From: Rhizaria sp. SCN 62-66
Lineage: Eukaryota
Direction of reading: 5' to 3'
Assembly: GCA_001724265.1 (NCBI GenBank)
Contig: MEDY01000068.1
Span: 1-64,000, forward strand
Length of the DNA stretch: 64,000 nt
Position numbers and translations under genes: made by a program. The notes under the pieces are model-generated. The model made no database searches, was not told where the DNA came from, and saw only the letters and a list, made by a program, of their open reading frames with translations. Shown here one piece after another: positions 12,178 to 24,000 of this stretch. Numbering within the stretch: the first letter of the stretch is position 1; the number at the start of each line of letters is the position of its first letter.

Positions 12178-14915
12178 ATGAACACCTTTGCGGCGCCTAA
12201 GACGCGCCGTCCCTCTGCGGGCCCCGTCCGCGCCTCCCCGGCCCTCTCGGGCCCCGCGGCCGCCGCGGCCGTCGCCGGCATGCGCGAAGCCCCCGTTTTG
12301 CCGACCCTCGAGGAGCTGATTCAGAAGCAGGACTTCACCGGCGCAGTCACTCTGCTCCAGTTCCAGCAGCAGGCGGGCGAGGGCGGCCCGCTTGCCGCGC
12401 ACTGGCTTGCCTACGCGTGCTTTCACCTCGGTGACTACAAGCGCGCGCTTGACACCTACCGCAAGCTGCTCCAGGTCCGTCTCATGCCTCCTCATATATC
12501 TCTACAATGCAACGCACATCGCGCCTTCTGCGAAATTTTTTGCTTACATCGCAATGTTTTTTGTTGTTTTATACTATATTCTTTAAATGTACATTCGTAA
12601 ATGTCTATATACCCAAGATATCTCTGTTTGTGTCGTCAGAAACCAACTCATGACCGTTTTTTATTTTCTTGTTGCTCTTTGCTCACTTTGCTTCTGCCTC
12701 TGCTGCCCCGCCCGCGCAGGACGACATCGACAACAGCGACTACCAGCTCTACTCGGCGTGCTGCCTGTACTACCTGGGCCAGTACCCTGAGGCCGTGGCC
12801 GCCGCCCGGAAGTGCACCTCGGGCGGCCCTTCGCGCTCCCGCCTCCGCAATCGCGTGTTGATGCACTGCGCGCACAAGCTCAACAACACGGCGCTGCTCG
12901 ACGAAAGCCAGGCCGCTGTGGCCGGGGCCGCGGCGCAGAACTCGGCGCACGACGCGCTTGCCATTGCGGCCCTCCAGTTTATGCGCTGTCAGTACCAGGA
13001 GGCGTCGGACGAGTACCAGCGCATCCTCAAGGAGAACATGTACGTCAACTACTCCGAAGTATACACCTCAACAATATTGAACACATGGAGTGCTTGATTT
13101 GATATAGAAATATGTATTGGTGTATTTGTGCTATATTCTCACATTTTGTATGTTTCGCAACGTTGTACAATTTATCACAGGGATTGCGACGCTGTCAATA
13201 TGTACATCGCCCTGTGCTTGTACAAGCTCGACCACTTCCGTATTTCCCTCGACTTCGTGTCCAAGTACCTCTCCAAGTTCCCTGACTCGGCCTCCGCGCT
13301 CAACCTCCGCGCGTGCAACCACTTCCGCGTCTTCGACGGACCTCGCGCCGACGCCGACTTGCAGCTGCTCGCCGATAAGCTCCAGTCGTCGGCGCACGCG
13401 TTCGGCCGCGAGCTTGTCGAGCACAACCTCGTCGTCTTCCGCGGCGGTCAGGACGCGGTCAAGGTGCTGCCCCCGCTGCTGGATGTCGTGCCTGAGGCGC
13501 GCTTCAACCTCACCGTACGTTAACCCACTAATAACGATGATTTGAAGCCATATATGACGTGCGATAACAAAATAACATGATGTAGTGTAGTATATTTCCA
13601 ACTCTATGTTATGTTAAAATAATTGGTTTGTTTTGAGTTTATATATGCCTTCAAAACTTTAATGTGAATATGAGTGAACTTCGCAACGCAACGAAACCTC
13701 ATGGTTGTTATTCTACGTCACGATGCTTTCTTGCTTAGGTGCACCACCTCAAGGCGGGCGAGCTCGAGGACGCGTTGGCGCTGGTGAAGAACATGCAGCC
13801 GACCACTCCCCAGGAGTTTGTCATTAAGGCTGTCGCCTACGCTGCCATCGGCGTTGCCACTGACGTACGTCCACACGCTACAAACCAAAACAAAAAAACG
13901 TGGTCGCTCATCACATATATCTTCTTCTGCCAAACTGAATTTCAACATCAACATTTATATAACAATCAATCATCTTATATTAATTTATTTTCACGTTCAT
14001 AAGTTAATATATATCTCGCCATTTTTTTGTGTTTTTGTTAACTTTCCCTCACCAGTCTGCCGAGTTCATCAAGGAGGCCCGCGATCTCTTCACCGCCGTA
14101 GGTTCATCCGACAGCGAACGCGACACCATTCCCGGTCGCAAATGCATGGCACAGTACTACTTCTTCGAGAAACGGTGGGACGACGTGCTGATCTACCTCA
14201 ACTCCATCGCCGAGTACTGCCACACGGACCCTGCGTTTAACTACGACCTGGGCATCGCTCTGGCAGGGAACGGCGAATGGGAAGAGGCCGCCAAGCGGCT
14301 TGCTTTAGTGCAGGAGGGAGACCCGGAGGCGTCGAGCTTCACGTTCCAGGCCTGGCTGGCGCGCGCGCATATCAATAGAGGCGCGCCCGAGGAGGCTTGG
14401 AAGCTCTACCTCAAGCTCGTACGTGTCGCTTTATATCGATATATCACAACAAAGAACGATGTATTCATTTTCAAAATATTAAAACTAGTTAGTATCATGC
14501 TGTAAAAGACATCAATATGTCGTTTTATCGCTAAATACGAACATATATTTCGCTTTTAACGCTCTCTAACGCATTTCTTCGCCGCTTTATGAAACTCGCA
14601 CAGGAGACGCAGGCGAGCGTGGACATGCTGCTGCTGATCGCGACCGACTGCTACCGCGCAGGTCACTTCTACCACGCCTTCAAAGCCTACTCCACCCTGC
14701 ACCGCCTCGACGCCGCGGCCGAGTATTGGGAAGGCAAGCTGGGCGCCGCGGCGGGCACTTTGCAGCTCGTGCTTGCCAACCAGCTGCCCAAGACGGTGAT
14801 GCGTGAGATCGTGTCGGACCTGCGCGCGACGGCGCCGCCAGGAGACTCGGAGACGCACCACGTCGTGCAGACCATGCAGCGCTGGGCCCAGGCCAACGGG
14901 GTCAAGTTTGACTGA
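12178..14915 (+). CDS. TTC26: intraflagellar transport protein IFT56 / TTC26 / DYF-13, 6 exons, ~583 aa
   Basis: Exons 12178-12474, 12720-13039, 13181-13514, 13739-13864, 14056-14418, 14604-14915. Diagnostic stretches DFTGAVTLLQF, FHLGDYKRAL, HNLVVFRGGQDAVKVLPPL, PEARFNL, DTIPGRKCMA, DDVLIYLNSI, YWEGKLGA. Confidence 0.95.
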
Positions 14916-15561
14916 GCGATGAGTTTGAGTATTCTTGTTTTCTAACGCGAGAAAGGGGGGTATTGTTCTTTTTGAAATTTGGGGCCATATGTGTTTTTTA
15001 TACGATATAAAAATGCGATTTTTCGAAATACAATGGTTTTTTTTTGTATAAATTTGTGTTTATAATTTCATTTTTGCAGAATCTATAGTTTGCTAACTTT
15101 GCAGATTCATTTCTGGCGATCGTTTTTTCGATCGGCTGAAAATAATCAGACAGTTACTTGTGTTCTGGGCATCTTTAAAAAGTGTTCATAGCTGGTTTAT
15201 ATACATGTAATGTGAGCAGAAAGAATCTAGCTAGCTCAGATTTATTAAAAAATCAAACATACGAGCTTTTCACGTGCCTATTGTCACCTATTATCCAGTC
15301 GAGCGACAAAATTGTCGCACGTCCATTGTAGCCAACCATGAACACATTTTGGTCAAAAAGAGGTAAATGCACAATCAACACAGCAACACCAATACATAAA
15401 GTAACATTTGCACTTTAAATACCAATGTATTCCTTCATTAATCACTCGAAACAAAAAAAGTCACCTTTCCACGACGAGACGAATTTTTTTGTAAAGTAGT
15501 TCCTTTTCTCTTACTCAAAAGAAGCAGAAGCCATCGTGTTCTTGCGCGCGCACACGCTTAC

Positions 15562-17375
15562 TTACGCGGAGGCGAGCTTCTTCTCGAGCGTGGCGGCGAT
15601 CGAGTCGAGGAACTCGAAGGTCTCCTGCCAGTGCTCATCCTTCATCTTGGAGCCGTGCACGCAGAGCGCGAGGTCCTTGGTCATGATGCCGCTCTCGATC
15701 GTCTCGAGGCAGGCCGCCTCGAGCGCGGCGCAGAACTTGGCGAGCGCGGCGTTGTCGTCGAGCTTGGCGCGGTGCGCGAGGCCACGGGTCCAGGCGAAGA
15801 TGGATGCGATGGGGTTGGTCGAGGTGCGCTGGCCCTTCTGGTAGGCACGGAAGTGGCGGGTCACGGTGCCGTGGGCGGCCTCGGCCTCGACCGTCTTGCC
15901 GTCGGGGCAGACGAGTACGGAGGTCATCAGGCCGAGAGAGCCGTAGCCCTAGAGGAAGCGTTCGATAAGCGCAAGTGTAGAAAAAAGAAATGGAAAAGAA
16001 AGTGAGAAAAGAAGTAGAAGAGAGAGAGAGAGAGAGAGAGGATATGAACACGTTTCGAGATGAAATGAGATAGGATATCAACAGTGCTCTTGTGCTAACC
16101 AAATATCTCTTGACATACCTGAGCGACGGAGTCGGACTGGACGTCACCGTCATAGTTCTTGCAGGCCCAGCAGAAGCCACCCTCGGACTTCATGGCGAAA
16201 GCAACCATGTCGTCGATGAGGCGGTGCTCATACCAGATGTTGGCGGCCTCGAACTGGGCCTTGTACTCCTTCTCGTACACCTCCTCGAAGATGTCCTTGA
16301 AGCTAAAGAGATAGAAGACGCAGCAAACGTGTAACAGAGGGAGATAAGAAAAATGAGTTGACAGAAAACACATAGCGTTAATAGTTTTCACTCAAAAGCT
16401 TTTGAGTGAATTTAACCGATGATCCGGTGACATATTTAATCACTACTTAAATACAATAATAACGTATTATTATACTTGAGCGTCATTAAGTGATTCAATT
16501 GTTTGATTTAGATGTGGTTAATAGTAACGTACCGGCCGTCGTAGGCCTTGAGGATGGTGTTCTTGGTGGACATGTAGAGGGGCACACCACGCGCAAGCGC
16601 GTAAACCATCGACGAGCGGGCAAAGTCGTAGATGCTGGCGTCGACGTTGAACATCCCCATGGCGACGCCGGGGGACGTGAAGTCGTAGACGGTGTTGCGG
16701 ACGGGAGCGGAGCCGTCGGCAGGGGTGAAGACGAGCTCGAGCTTGCCAGCACCAGGGATGAGGGTGTTCTGGCACTTGTACTGGTCGCCAAAGGCGTGGC
16801 GGCCGATGATGATGGGCTTGTTCCACGTGGTGACGAGACGGGGGATGTTGGAGACGATGATGGGCTCACGGAAGATGGTGCCACCGAGGACGTTGCGGAT
16901 GGTGCCGTTGGGGGAGAGCCACATCTTCTTGAGGTTGAACTCCTTAACGCGGGCCTCGTCGGGGGTGATGGTCGCGCACTTGATGCCGACGTTGTACTTC
17001 TTGATCGCCTCAGCAGCCTCAAGAGTGACCTACAGAGGAGGAGCAAGACAGAGCAGAGTGGTTATGTCAAGGGTGAGCGAGTGGTTTTAGCCGAGGTGTA
17101 GATTGAGAAGGTGTGGGACTGAGGATATAAAACTAAAGCATTATAGACAAAAGCATGTGTTGAACATGAGTATACGTTGATTTTGTTTGAAGTTCATAAT
17201 GTACCTTGTCGTCAGTGGCATCACGGTTCTCCATGCCGAGGTCGTAGTACTTGATGTCGAGGTCAAGGTACGGGAGGATGAGCTTGTCCTTGATGGACTT
17301 CCAGATGATGCGAGTCATCTCATCACCGTCGAGGTCAACGACGGGGTTGGCAACCTTGATCTTAGCGAAAGACAT
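15562..17375 (-). CDS. IDH: NADP-dependent isocitrate dehydrogenase (IDH1/IDH2 type), 4 exons, ~412 aa
   Basis: Exons 17375-17205, 17029-16533, 16302-16119, 15948-15562. Motifs [83 protein letters not shown]. Confidence 0.98.
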
Positions 17376-18149
17376 ACAGTGCTGTGATTTGTCGACAAAG
17401 CATAGGCAGGGGACAGTCAGAGGAGATGACGATGCGAATGGCGAGAAACAGCGGAGAGAAGTGTGCAAAGGAGGATCAAGACGCAGACGAAAAAAAAAGA
17501 GGATGAGAAGATAAGAGATGTACAGCTAGCTCTTGAGATACATTGAAGTTCACGTGTTGTTGGCATGCTTGCGGTGCAAGGTTGAACCGGAGGTCAAGGT
17601 CGACGCGACCGACGAGCACCATGCACATTTCACGCCCAATACCCCACTCGCCAGTCTGCGTGTTGTCAGCGTATGTAACAAAAAGAAAAGAGTCTACATG
17701 ACGTGAAGTACGCGACTAGCTCACTAAATCCCCCTATACTCCGCGTCGTCACTCCACAGTATCATTCGGCGCAAAACTCCATCAATCGACGAGAAGGGGC
17801 GATCGTGGTCGTCGAGCGCAGCAGCTGAGTGAGTTCGCAAAAATTGTGTGTGTGGTGGCTTGCTTGCTTATGCACTGTTTTTTTCTCGTCCAATCAGGTG
17901 GGCCCCTCAATTTTTGCATTGACCCGGCGTGCTTTTCAAAACTGATGATATCGCTGCATTTACGACCGCTCAGCAATGCACGGTTGAGCACAGATGAATT
18001 TCATTTTTATATCAAGCTGTACTTAAATTCACGCAACAGTTTCGGCCATTTATACGGCAGGATATCTCGTTTCAAAATTCCACCCTTGACCTCATCGAGT
18101 CGCATCCTCTCTTATCATATGCTTTGCCCAACAGCCTTCCCCTCTCCCG

Positions 18150-19062
18150 ATGTCCAGCCGTGTTGATGCTAACGAGAACCGCGCTCGCTCTTCCCGCGAT
18201 ACTGCGGCCGAGCTCAAGCACGTGACTTCCACCTCTGCTTCCCAGGTACGTTGCAAAGACTTCTTTACCTTCTGGCGTTCAACAAGCGTCTTGATCGCAT
18301 CTGACACTGGTAGACGAGCATAACAGACTCACTTCAACTTGAAACTTTGCACGCGCACAGAAAGTCATGCGTTTTATTATTATTTCTGTTCATTTCACGT
18401 TCTAGCGTCATTAACATGAGATATTCCCCTTCCAATAGTTTGCCCCTGCGCTCGAAACGCCGCTCACCCTCCTCACCCCATTCAAACCACTTTTCTTGCT
18501 TTTATCTTTTCATCTGTGACTTTTCTGTCTATAACAGTGGGCCAAGTGGATGGGTATCACTGCTGCCACCTCCGTTGTCGGCGATTTCTCCCTCAAGAAG
18601 ACCTGTACGTCCCCTCAGTCCCCATCTTCAACAAATGACGCCATTTAACCTTCCTCCTGACTCATTAGATCGCCATTCTAACCTTGATTGACCCTCTTTT
18701 GAGACTCACGTCGCCATTGTCGCAAGGTTTATCCAAATGACATTCCACATTTCTCACTTAATCCCGCTTTTCCCACTCTCTTGCACTCTTGTCCGCTTTT
18801 CTCGCTCGCTTTCTCTCGCTTCTCCACAACAACAGGGCCTGCGTACAGCCGCCTGGCGCCCGCCCGCCGCTTCTTCATCTGGTCCCTCTTCTGCCTGAGC
18901 GTGTCCCAGTTTAACCTCGAGGACCAGGAGGTTGAGATGATGCGCGATCATAACACCAAGTTCCGCGAGGAGGCTCTCCTGGCCGAACAGGAGTCGCAGC
19001 GCAAGTTCGTTGAGGAGCTCAAGAAGCGCGAGGCCGCCGCCGCCGCGAACGCCAACAAGTAA
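18150..19062 (+). CDS. small membrane protein, ~129 aa, 3 exons; resembles Rcf2 N-terminal / Rcf3 / ENOD93-type mitochondrial inner-membrane proteins
   Basis: Exons 18150-18245, 18538-18604, 18836-19062 with GTACGT..CAG introns and strongly biased codons. Two mildly hydrophobic segments flank WPAYSRLAPARRFFI, followed by a charged helix. The gene model is firm; the family call is tentative. Confidence 0.6.
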
Positions 19063-21075
19063 GCGACTCGACTGACCGATCGCTCCGCTCAGCGCTCAGC
19101 GCTCCCTTGATTTCCCTTTCCGTGTCTGTTTCGTTCGTTTCGTTTTTTTTGTCGTATCGAAGCTAGGTGAGGACGTGGAGGTACAGTGAAGTTTTTTAGT
19201 AACGTGTTGTTTAGTCGAGTTTAACTTTTGTGTGTAGTTTGTTTTGCACTGTTATGATGATGTTGGAGTTTCGTTGACGTTTTGAGTACTAAGATATGCT
19301 ACAATTAGTACTTGTTTGCTCTCTGTTGATAAAGTTACATTTATTAACAAAATCACACAAGTCTAGCGAACGCATGGTATAAATCCCAAAACTGTTCTGA
19401 AACAAGCTCACAATAACTGCGAACAACAACAAAACGACGACAAACAGCCAAAAGCGACAACAATAACAGCAACGGCGACATCAAGAGATGTAACGTAATA
19501 CTTACGAAGCTACACGTTGCTGTTATTTGTATCGTATCAGTGATTGCTCTTTGTTTGCACTAAATCACTTCCACGCCGCACTTACAATTGATTGCGATAC
19601 TGTATCACCAAAACAGATTGGCAATGTCCCGAGATCATTTTAAAAGAGCACGCAAGTTCGCACAAAAAACACAATAATAGTCCTTTATTTAAGTTGAGAG
19701 AGACAAAGCAGCAAGCAGACGTCGTTTCGTTGTAACTCACAAACTAACCCCCACATTCATTCAATCATAATACATAACAACCAAACAAAGTTGTAACATC
19801 TCAGTCCTTATATTCATGCCATATCACGATCCTTCATTTTGAGTCACCAGTCGCTGTTTCTGCAGCAGTGGTTGCGTCGCGCGTGCGGCGACAAATAGCA
19901 TCGCCACAGCTACTGCATCGAAGTCTTTAGTTAAAACACAAATCCAGAAGGCAGAGATGTGAGAGACAAAGGAAACAACGAGACGAGCAATCTAAGTAAG
20001 AGGAAGTCCACGAACAGTGATTGAAACTGTCAATAAGATGCAGGATTGATTGACGTATGTCGACCTCACCTGACCTTTAGAGCCAGTTTGGTTTCTTTGC
20101 TGCTCACGGTCACTCGTCACTTGAAGGCACAGTCTCACTGTCTTCACTTCCCCACGGGTACAGACAGAGAGGCGACTACATATGCCGCCAAGGTGAGTCG
20201 CTGACACACAAATAAGCATTCAGTGAGAGCCATCAATGAGCGGAAATACAAACAGCGAACGTTTCATCGACTATTGAATCATCGTGTGAGGGCGGATTGA
20301 TATGAAAATACAGATTCTATTAGGGTTATACTAATAATACTATGAATACACTAGCTTTCTATAGTACATTGTGATTTAATATACAACCAATCAATCACGT
20401 TATCGGTTGATTACTTCCTTCATCCCGCAAGCAAACACTCAACAGAAGACGACAATAAAACGCAATGAGGCAGCGAAAAGACAAGCATTGAACACAGTTA
20501 CAGCTTTCACAGCCACAATATTGGAGCTCGGTATTAACACTGACGGTTACATTGCGCGTCTTTAAGATAAGAGTTTGTTGTGATAAAGGGAGAGAGGAGG
20601 TACTTATTAACACACACGATAACTCAACTGTTGTTGATACTTCTCAGAGACACACTATTTGGAAGAAACAAACTCATTTGAACAACAAAGTGGAACTATT
20701 ACAATGAGGAATTATTTTAACTTTGCCATAAACAGAACAGAGTTAATGAAAACAGTAACAAATCGCAACAAAACTAAAGCTATGAAAAACGAAACAAAAG
20801 AGAAAAAACACGAAAAAGAAAGACTAGATCGGTTTGTCTTGACTCAGATGGATAACAACAATACAGTGCAAATATTTGACAGCTGTAACACCCAAAGCAT
20901 TCGTCGATATAGAGGAGACACCGTCATCGCTGAATAGCAGAGCAGGGCGCGACATCACCACAGATCACAGACACTTTTGTTACTTAAAAAAGATGTAATA
21001 CACTGCAAATCCTACTTGAACATCAACATCGACATCTACAACTACAAACTACAGCACCAGTGGCGGTGGAGCAGC

Positions 21076-24000
21076 TTACTGCTCGTCGGAGCCCTCACCG
21101 GAGCCAAAGCCCTCAGAGCCGCTGTTCTCAGAGCCCGAGCCGCCGGAGCCGGAGCCAGAGCCGCTGTAGGACTTGTGGGAGTCGTCGGACCCCTCAGAGC
21201 CGGAGCCAGAGCCGGAGCCGGAGCCCTCAGAGCCGTCGGAGCCCGAACGCTCCTCGTCCTCGTCCTGCGAGTCGTAGCTGTCGTAGTCCTTGTCTCCGTC
21301 GCCGTCTTCGTCGTTGCGCGTGGTCGACAGCGCGGCGGTGCGCGACGCGGCCTCCGTGGCGGCCTCGGCGGCGTCGCGCTCCTTGGTCTCGAGCGCCAGA
21401 CGGTCCTCCTCTTCCTGCTGCGCGAGCAGCTCCTCGCGGGCCTTCTTCTCCGCCTTGCGCTGGCGCGACGAGCGGATCGCAGAGCGGATGGCGATGTAGC
21501 CGAAGACGAGGAATAGCGCGATGAAGCCGAAGACGAGCGCCAAGAGCACGATCGATAGACCGATGTCCTCCATCTTGCTCAGGCTCGTGTCCGAGAACGT
21601 CTGGAACATGTAGCCGGCGAGGATAATGAGGAACAGCTCGACCTGCGCGATCTGGTGCAGAGTGTCGTCCGTGGGGTCGGCGTACGGGTTGATGATGAGG
21701 AGCGAGATGAGGTAGAGGATCACCGCGCCCATGGCGACGGGCAGCTGTGCGTCGTACGGGAAGAAGGCGATGATGGCGACGAGGAAGAGCTTGTGGATCG
21801 AATCGACAATCTCCCACCACCTGATAGCGCGAAAGCGAAGAAAAGAAAGGAATGGATGATAAGTGAGATATATGCAAGTTAATGACGTTAAACAAACCAC
21901 ACACACAATAACAATAAGTAATTTATATTTAAATTATATTTGCGATGTGGCCTTATTGTTACGTACCAGTTGTTCTCCTTGTAGCCGGCGTAGAGGAAGC
22001 CGAGCTGGGCCTTGATGTAGTCGACCTGCAGACGCATGCGGTTCTTGCGCAGCAGCACGAAGAAGAAGACGGGGATACCAACCGGGTAGAGGATGATGAA
22101 CGTGGTGGACAAGTACGACACAAGGTTCCAGAGATCAGTGTAGCACTTGACGCGGAGATCCACCTCGAGGAACTTGACACCGTCGACGTTGGTGCAGATG
22201 TAGTGGCGCAAGACGGTGGACGACGTGACGGGGAAGATGAGGAAGAGGAAGTAGAGGTACACACGCCAGGTCATGTAGGCGTTACGGGCCTTGGCACCGG
22301 GCGAGACATGACGCCAGCAGAGGATGTTGGCCTCACGCGGCAACACCCAGAGAAGCAGGATGATAAGCGTGACGCCGATGGGGATGAGCAGAGTGATGAG
22401 GTACATGATGTAGTAGTTGTCCTGCGTGAAGCAGTCAGTGCCGGTGATGTTCTGCAGCAGGAAATCAAGGTTACTGATGCCGATGTAAGACATCACATCC
22501 TTGAACGCCTCGGGCCAACGGAAATCAAGCGAGTCGGTGATCGAATAAGTGATCTGAAGGAACGAGATGAAAATCTTAAACTTGTACGTAAAGTTCTCCT
22601 GCGGCGGCGGGGGACCAATCTTGCGGGCCATTTCAATCAGGTCCTGCTCCTCAGCCTCGGCGTCCTGCTCGGGCTCGTCGCCGTCGGTGCTGACGTCGGC
22701 TTCGAAGTCACCCTCGGACCACTCGGCGGCCTCGTCCTCGCCCTCGCCCGTGGGCGGCGCGACGCTGCTGCCGCCCAGAGTCGACATCTGGACCGCACTC
22801 GAGCTGGGCTCCATGGGCATCAGCGCAGACGCGGGCGGTGGCAAAGGCGCGACACGGCTCGACCGGCCATCGGCGCTACCAGCAGTGGCGGCGGCGGCGG
22901 CGTTGGCATCAGCCTCGCCGCCATCGTTGCTGCGGGCCTGGAGAATGCGGTCACCGGTGCGGATAATGATGTACACGGAGACGACGACAGCGATGATCAC
23001 CGCAAGACCAAGGAACACGAGTGTGATCCACTGCACCTTGGCCTCGGGACACGCGATACAGTCCTTGCCGGACGGACGGTAGCCCTCGATACAGCTCGAG
23101 CAGGCGATACCCTGGCGGTACTGCGCACAGCCGGAGCCGGACGAGCCGTCCTCCTCGAACGTGGCGGCTGCGGCGGCGCCACCGGTGCATTGTTCGGGGA
23201 CGGGGCAGCGGATAAAGGACTCGGACGTGTTGGATGGCCGCCAGAAGCCGGGTAGTGCGTACAGGTTCTCCCACGTCGTTCCCAGCGCCGTGCAGTCAGC
23301 GCCGCGCGGGCACGCGGTGCACGCCCAGACGTTGGAGCCCGGCTTGTAGGAGGGCAGGTAGTATCCGACCTTGCACAGACACGAGCGGCGGTCTTGCGAC
23401 GATACGGCGAGCACGCCGCACGCGGCGCAGCCCGAGGAGCCGGTGAGCGAGGTAGCCGTGCCATCGGCGCAGGTCGTGCACTCGCCCTGGCCCTCGCGCG
23501 CATAGCGGCCGGCGTCGCAGAGCTCGCAGCGGAGACGGCCTGAGAACGGGTTGAACGAGCCCGCGGGGCAGTTGAAGCACGCGGCCTGGCCCGTGGCGTT
23601 GCCGAACTTGCCGACCTCGCACTCGGTACACTCGGCCTGGCCCGTGGAGCCGGTGAACTTGCCGATGGCGCACTCCGAGCACGACGACTGGCGCGGGTCA
23701 GACTGGTACGAGCCCGGCTGGCACTGCGTGCACTCGGTGGCGTGGCTGAGCGAGTAGCGGCCGGGCTGGCACTCATTGCAGACCGGGCTGCCGGGGGTCT
23801 CGGCCGCGGTGCCGATGGGGCAGATCTCGCACACGGTCTGCGCCGAGCCCGGCTGGTACTCGCCGGCGGGGCAGTTCAGGCACGACGACGGCACACGGCG
23901 CTCTCCGGTAGGATCGGCGGGGTCGTAAAACGGACCGATCTTACCGGGCTCGCACTCGCGGCAGATGGCCATGCCCGATGTGTCAGCGTAGTAGCCGAGC

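Noticed and set aside
15303-15318. 7-bp hairpin GCGACAA-AA-TTGTCGC between convergent TTC26 and IDH
   Set aside because: Short enough to arise by chance, and rho-independent terminator logic does not apply to this eukaryotic DNA.
17382-17628. Possible upstream coding exon for IDH (MCMVLVGRVDLDLRF..., donor GTACAT at 17523, in frame)
   Set aside because: An in-frame join has a 1-in-3 chance, the peptide does not resemble a transit peptide, and the 412-aa model is already complete; left unresolved.
19063-21075. Short ORFs and AAC-rich stretches in the 2-kb convergent intergenic region
   Set aside because: AT-rich, no codon bias or motifs; consistent with 3'UTRs.
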